Of a stretch of DNA of 64,000 bases, positions 59,297-64,000 are shown piece by piece. Under the pieces are notes generated by a model. The model was not told where the DNA came from. It did no database searches and worked only from the letters and a program-made list of their open reading frames with translations. The number at the start of each line of letters is the position of its first letter. Position 1 is the stretch's first letter. Source of the stretch: Chloroflexota bacterium (GTDB lineage Bacteria > Chloroflexota > Dehalococcoidia > UBA2979); contig PBBA01000006.1 in the NCBI GenBank assembly GCA_002716405.1, forward strand, positions 289,683 to 353,682, read 5' to 3'. The translations under genes and the position numbers were made by a program.

Positions 59297-60367
59297 TCAA
59301 TGCCAATCAAGTGCTTTTTCGAGAGAATTGATATTGGATGAAGATTCCAACTGAGTAGTTTTAAGTTGTAAAGCTACATCAGGATCTTTTAAACCATGAC
59401 CAGTTAAAACACAAACCGCTGTTTTATCTGAAAAATCGATTCCGGACAATTTATTTTTTAGCAACCCTGCAACTGAAGCAGCCGATGCTGGCTCACAAAA
59501 AATACCCTCTTCTTTTGCTAGCAAGCTGTATGCATCCATAATTTCATTATCAGTCACAGATTCAATCTTCCCATTTGAAGCATCACGTGCCTCAATGGCT
59601 TGAGACCAAGATGCTGGATTACCTATACGAATTGCAGTAGCTATCGTTTCAGGATTTTTGACAACTACGTTTTGTACGATTGGTGATGCACCAGTAGCTT
59701 GAAAACCCCATAATTCTGGAACAAATTCCACTCTTTTTAAATTAAAATATTCTTTAAAACCCTTCCAATATGCAGTTATATTCCCTGCATTACCTACAGG
59801 TAATGCTAAAATGTCAGGGCATTTACCGAGATCATCTATAATTTCAAATGCGGCGGTTTTTTGACCTTCGATACGATCAGAATTAACCGAGTTCACTAAT
59901 GCGACCGGATGTTTTTGACACAATTCTCTTACTGTCGTCAATGCATCATCAAAAGAACCATCTAAGGAAACAATTTTTGCACCATACGCAATAGCTTGCA
60001 CCAATTTACCTTGAGCTATTCTTCCTTCAGGGACGACTACAATTACCTCAAGCCCGTGCTTCGAACCATAGGCAGCTGCTGATGCTGATGTGTTACCAGT
60101 TGAAGCACAAATAACTGCACGTGATCCCGATTCTACTGCCTTCGCAACTGCCAAAACCATTCCACGATCTTTAAATGATCCTGTTGGATTCATGAATTCA
60201 GCTTTGAAATAAAGTTCTCGTAATCCTATCATTTCGACAAGTCGTGTTGATTTAATCAATGGTGTTGCACCTTCACCTAGAGTAACCAAGGGCGTATCTG
60301 CAGTCACAGGTAGCATATTTTTATAACGATTTAAAATAAACGAATGATCGCTCTGTAAAAAACTCAA
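59297..60367 (-). CDS. thrC: Threonine synthase
   Basis: PLP-lysine motif NPTGSFKDRGM, and GNTSASAAAYG. Confidence 0.92.
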   Translation of the reverse strand: MSFLQSDHSFILNRYKNMLPVTADTPLVTLGEGATPLIKSTRLVEMIGLRELYFKAEFMNPTGSFKDRGMVLAVAKAVESGSRAVICASTGNTSASAAAYGSKHGLEVIVVVPEGRIAQGKLVQAIAYGAKIVSLDGSFDDALTTVRELCQKHPVALVNSVNSDRIEGQKTAAFEIIDDLGKCPDILALPVGNAGNITAYWKGFKEYFNLKRVEFVPELWGFQATGASPIVQNVVVKNPETIATAIRIGNPASWSQAIEARDASNGKIESVTDNEIMDAYSLLAKEEGIFCEPASAASVAGLLKNKLSGIDFSDKTAVCVLTGHGLKDPDVALQLKTTQLESSSNINSLEKALDWH

Positions 60368-61368
60368 ATTGGAGTCTCCTGTATAGTTTCTTCGGTTTGT
60401 TCAGCTAGTTTTGTTACAAGTTCTTTAGCATGGCGTAACTCACGTTCATTTTCTTCGAATCGCTTCCGACCATTGATAGTATCCGCAGTAATTTGGTTAT
60501 TTAAGACATCTAACATTGAATTACGTAAAATATCTAACCTCTCTTCAAATTTTTCCAACACAGTCGAATTTACAAATTGACTCCTACCTATTCTCCTTTG
60601 TTCCTCCTCAACAACTTGAATCATTGTTTGAAACGTATCCAAAGTTTTTTCAAAACCTAATACTTTTTTTTCATGCCGAGATTGCATCGATTTTTGATTT
60701 GTTAGTAGTTCAATAATATTTTTCTCCGCAGATTTTGCTAACTTTAGTTGTGAGTCAATCTCTCCAATTTTTTGCTGAGTAATTTCAATTAGCTTTTGAC
60801 TATCGACATTCATCTTTTGTTCATTTTCGAGAAATTCTAATCTTTTTTCCGATAAGTCAATAAACTCCTGACTCTTACTAAATCGATTCGTAAATATCGC
60901 TAGCTCGTTAGTAATTTCATCAATTTTGTTAGTTATAGAGCTATTAACTAACTTCAGCGCAGTATTCTCGTCAGCATAAGAATGATAACGATCTGAAGAC
61001 AACTTATACTGTTTTTCACTCTCTTCAGAAATCTCAGCCATAATTTGAAACAAACGTTGAATATCAGTAGCAATTTGATTTCTATGCACAGTAAATTCAT
61101 CCCAAGCTTTTTTGATTTCTTCTTGTATTAAAGAATCTTTTCCTGCTTGTTGCTTAAGTAAATTAAATTCACGTGAGAAAGCCTGAACATTTTCAAGTAA
61201 CTTTTCATTATGTTTATTTTTATTTTTTATCTCATCAATCTCTGCTCTTAATTCTTCTAGATCAAAACTAATCTTTTCCACTAAAAGCTGGATACCTTGT
61301 AAATTACGAGATAGTTCTGCAAGTCGTACTACATTAATAGGATTTACACTATTGGCCTCTTCTACCAC
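60364..61368 (-). CDS. Coiled-coil protein of unknown function (334 aa) embedded in the hom-thrC operon
   Basis: E/K/Q/L/N-rich heptad-like sequence throughout. It overlaps the hom stop by 1 nt and the thrC start by 4 nt. Confidence 0.6.
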   Translation of the reverse strand: MVEEANSVNPINVVRLAELSRNLQGIQLLVEKISFDLEELRAEIDEIKNKNKHNEKLLENVQAFSREFNLLKQQAGKDSLIQEEIKKAWDEFTVHRNQIATDIQRLFQIMAEISEESEKQYKLSSDRYHSYADENTALKLVNSSITNKIDEITNELAIFTNRFSKSQEFIDLSEKRLEFLENEQKMNVDSQKLIEITQQKIGEIDSQLKLAKSAEKNIIELLTNQKSMQSRHEKKVLGFEKTLDTFQTMIQVVEEEQRRIGRSQFVNSTVLEKFEERLDILRNSMLDVLNNQITADTINGRKRFEENERELRHAKELVTKLAEQTEETIQETPI

Positions 61369-62669
61369 TAAATTTCCTCAACTCCATCAATGGGGAAGAT
61401 GTTACCTACTTCTTGTACTGCATTTATTTTTTTAACATATTCTATCGCAGAAAGAATTTCACTTTCATATGCCAAGTGAGTAGTCAATACTAATTCTACA
61501 GCATCACCGACAGAAAATTCACCCGATTGTATCATCGAAGCTATACTCACCCCATGATCTCCTAATGTCTTAGCAATTTCAGCTAAGACGCCTAGTTGAT
61601 CTTTGACTATCAAACGCAAGTAATAGCAAGACTGAAGGTCACTTTTAGATTGAACAGCTATAGGCTTTAAAGGGCTATGATCAATGGGATACGCATCTCG
61701 ATCTAAGTGGTTTCGAACTAATTCTAATACATCTGCTAAGACAGCACTTGCCGTCGGTTGAGGTCCAGCTCCAGGACCAACAAACATAACTTGATCAATT
61801 AAATCCCCCTCTATTTGAATAGCATTTAGAACACCATCAACCTTTGCAAGTGGCTTATTTAAGTCAATCAACGTAGGCTTTACAGATACTGAAAATTTAT
61901 CATCGATTAGACGAGCGGTAGAAAGTAACTTAATTGTATAGCCCAGATCATGTGCATATCGAAAATCTTGCTCTGCAATAGTTACAATACCTTGACGATC
62001 AATCAAATAAGGGTCTACGTCAAAACCAAATGCCAAGCTACACAAAATAGCTAGCTTATATGCTGCGTCTACACCTTCAATATCAGATGAAGGATCAGGC
62101 TCAGCGTAGCCAAGTTCTTGAGCTTCAAAAAGAGCTTTGTCGAATGAAATAGTTTCTTCAGACATCTTGGTTAGAATAAAATTTGTAGTCCCATTAATAA
62201 TTGCTGTCACAGAAGTTATTTTATTAGCACCAAAATCTCGCATCAGTGGTCCAATTATTGGAATACCTCCTCCAACAGAGGCTTCAAAAAAAATTGCCAC
62301 ACTATTCTCGTGTGCAATTTCTAATAACTCCGCTCCATGCTTAGCCATAACTTCTTTATTAGCTGTAACAACATATTTCCCAGCCTCTAAACATCTTTTT
62401 ATATAATTACACGCTGGTTGCTCATTTCCCAAAACTTCGATGACAATTTGAACTCTTTCATCTGATATCACTTCATCAATTTCTGAGGTCAGTTGTGAAC
62501 TATCTAAGCCGATTCGCTCTTTATTGATATCACGAACAAGAACCTTAATAAGTTGAAGTTCATTTGCAGTTAGATCTAAATATCTATCCCTTAATGTAGG
62601 CAGTGCATTTATTACCCCACCTCCAACATTACCAGCCCCAAGCATTCCAATACCTATCTTTTGTGCCAT
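61368..62669 (-). CDS. hom: Homoserine dehydrogenase (with C-terminal ACT domain)
   Basis: IGIGMLGAGNVGGGV, VTANK, and C-terminal ACT (YYLRLIVKDQLGVLAEIAKTLGDHGVSI). Start taken at MAQKIG; the track start at 62693 would overlap the upstream gene. Confidence 0.9.
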   Translation of the reverse strand: MAQKIGIGMLGAGNVGGGVINALPTLRDRYLDLTANELQLIKVLVRDINKERIGLDSSQLTSEIDEVISDERVQIVIEVLGNEQPACNYIKRCLEAGKYVVTANKEVMAKHGAELLEIAHENSVAIFFEASVGGGIPIIGPLMRDFGANKITSVTAIINGTTNFILTKMSEETISFDKALFEAQELGYAEPDPSSDIEGVDAAYKLAILCSLAFGFDVDPYLIDRQGIVTIAEQDFRYAHDLGYTIKLLSTARLIDDKFSVSVKPTLIDLNKPLAKVDGVLNAIQIEGDLIDQVMFVGPGAGPQPTASAVLADVLELVRNHLDRDAYPIDHSPLKPIAVQSKSDLQSCYYLRLIVKDQLGVLAEIAKTLGDHGVSIASMIQSGEFSVGDAVELVLTTHLAYESEILSAIEYVKKINAVQEVGNIFPIDGVEEI

Positions 62670-62670
62670 G

Positions 62671-63687
62671 CTAAGGCCTTCCAAATGATGCAAAAGTATT
62701 AATTACCTTTTCGTCAATCAACTTTTGTTGATCAATAGTCATATTTTCTTCTATTAGTATCGTTTGTTGGATTGAATCAATCCAATTACTCATCCGAACC
62801 CTGGCAATTAATGTCATGTTTTCCGCAGAAATATCTTTGTTATCGCTAAATTCATGAACTTTATACACTTCAAAAAATAATCCGCGATCAATTAATTTCG
62901 TATATCCATTTTCGTCTATAGAAGATAATTCAGATTGAATATTCTTAGGCAATACTTCACTAGGAATCCATCCTACTACAGGATCAATAATAGAAGTGTC
63001 CAAAAAAAGCTTAGTAATAGAATCAATATCTCCACTATCTAATTTGTTCAATTCTGTCACAAATCTTTCACCAGCCTGTTGATTCCCCATCCGTGCAACT
63101 ATCAAGTTATATTGTGGACCATTTTCTTCTACTTGGCCCAAAAAATGGGAATATGTTCGGTCACGATAAATCTGCTCAGCAAATATTTTTTCATACAATG
63201 CACGATCCGTTTTATATTCATTTAGATATTTTGTAATGGCATCATCTAAAAGATTCTGTTTTTCAACAGAATACATATCATCACCCGTAAACGGCACATT
63301 GTGCTGATTTAATAAAGCAAAATCAATATCTTTCAAGGTTACTTGAGGAAATAGGCGTGAGTGATATTGCTTAATTACCTCATCAACTTTTATACGTTCA
63401 ATTACTGAAGTAGCAATACCACGAGGAGTATCAATTTCTATTTGAGCATCACGTGTATAGTAAACCCCTCTAGCGATTATTTCTTCCACCTCATAGTCCT
63501 GATCAGCAACAGTCAGGACAACAGCTCGAGGATTCAAATAATAAGTAACAAAAGCGCTATATGCGATAATCAGTAATGCAATAGCTATTACCACGCTACT
63601 TCCGATAATAATCCGAAAATTACGTTGTGCTTCAGCTTTTCTAACTTCAGATTTTTGCTTATAAGCACTGCCTAATTCATTACTCAT
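62671..63687 (-). CDS. Membrane-anchored SurA-N/PpiD-like chaperone-type protein (no clear parvulin motif seen)
   Basis: N-terminal TM anchor (IIIGSSVVIAIALLIIAYSAF) followed by a helical periplasmic-type domain. The assignment is weak. Confidence 0.4.
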   Translation of the reverse strand: MSNELGSAYKQKSEVRKAEAQRNFRIIIGSSVVIAIALLIIAYSAFVTYYLNPRAVVLTVADQDYEVEEIIARGVYYTRDAQIEIDTPRGIATSVIERIKVDEVIKQYHSRLFPQVTLKDIDFALLNQHNVPFTGDDMYSVEKQNLLDDAITKYLNEYKTDRALYEKIFAEQIYRDRTYSHFLGQVEENGPQYNLIVARMGNQQAGERFVTELNKLDSGDIDSITKLFLDTSIIDPVVGWIPSEVLPKNIQSELSSIDENGYTKLIDRGLFFEVYKVHEFSDNKDISAENMTLIARVRMSNWIDSIQQTILIEENMTIDQQKLIDEKVINTFASFGRP

Positions 63688-63737
63688 ATGAATCAAGTCC
63701 TCTATTACCTATAAGATCGATATACCTATTTGAAGAA

Positions 63738-64000
63738 TTAACGTCGCTGTGGCATAGGTCGACCCACAGAAACACCACTAACGCGAATGTGTTCCGATGT
63801 ATAAGGAAGCAAGGCCATATGCCTGGCTCGCTTTATAGCAGTAGTAATTGCCCTTTGACACTTCGCACCACAACCTATCTTACGAGCACTCTCTATTTGA
63901 CCATGTTCATTCAAAAAACGTTTTAAAACATCAACATTCTTATAATCGATAACGAGAGGTTTCTTGTTACAAACTTCACACCTGCGTCTCGAACCTCTTC
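63738..64000 (-). CDS. rpsR: 30S ribosomal protein S18, C-terminal part (5' end outside the window); not in the ORF track
   Basis: Hand translation gives ...[67 protein letters not shown]...PQRR*. Confidence 0.88.
   Translation of the reverse strand, partial: RGSRRRCEVCNKKPLVIDYKNVDVLKRFLNEHGQIESARKIGCGAKCQRAITTAIKRARHMALLPYTSEHIRVSGVSVGRPMPQRR

Overview
This is a visibly AT-rich, very tightly packed bacterial chromosomal segment. Many genes have 1-4 nt start/stop overlaps and intergenic spacers are tiny. I saw no rRNA, CRISPR array or mobile element.

Gene content, left to right:
- Branched-chain amino-acid genes: ilvB' (truncated by the window edge), ilvN and leuA on the plus strand. A kinase-fold gene, leuD, leuC, cimA and leuB are on the minus strand.
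- A c-di-AMP (ydaO-type) riboswitch in front of a 70-aa zinc-ribbon ORF.
- cobT and cobU.
- An HtrA protease and a degenerate trypsin-fold lipoprotein.
- F420 genes: npdG/fno, cofE, and further on an LLM oxidoreductase.
- holA and lexA.
- Nudix, LmbE, CoA-ligase and ADH genes.
- An MshC-like cysteine ligase.
- tRNA-His.
- A redox cluster: flavin reductase, tRNA-Sec(UCA), an FTR-catalytic-subunit homologue and trxA.
- plsX.
- A methyl-cycle block: methyltransferase, GNAT, ahcY, metK, then PGM/PMM.
- A ~20 kb ribosomal superoperon on the minus strand, running rpsL-rpsG-fusA-rpsJ...rplQ-truA-rplM-rpsI.
- An MshB/MshA-like pair.
- hom, a coiled-coil ORF and thrC.
- A SurA-like protein and a truncated rpsR.

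Gene order is Dehalococcoidia/Chloroflexota-like: fusA is followed directly by rpsJ, and the ilv/leu/cimA layout fits. The mycothiol-like and F420 genes are Actinobacteria-like. I cannot assign the taxon from sequence alone.

The most interesting signal is a tRNA-Sec gene next to an FTR catalytic-subunit homologue. Its ORF is interrupted by an in-frame UGA exactly at the last Cys of the CPC...CPC...CHC motif. A SECIS-like hairpin with a GGUC loop follows, then 72 further stop-free codons. I read this as a predicted selenocysteine-containing FTR-like enzyme, convergent with thioredoxin.

Other leads:
- The riboswitch-controlled zinc-ribbon ORF.
- Ribosomal proteins with unusual extensions, including L13 fused to an HeH-like domain and acidic tails on L3 and S17.
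- An untracked Cys-poor L36 gene.
- No S14 or tuf gene in their canonical slots.
- A coiled-coil ORF embedded in hom-thrC.
- A GC-rich leader upstream of rpsL.
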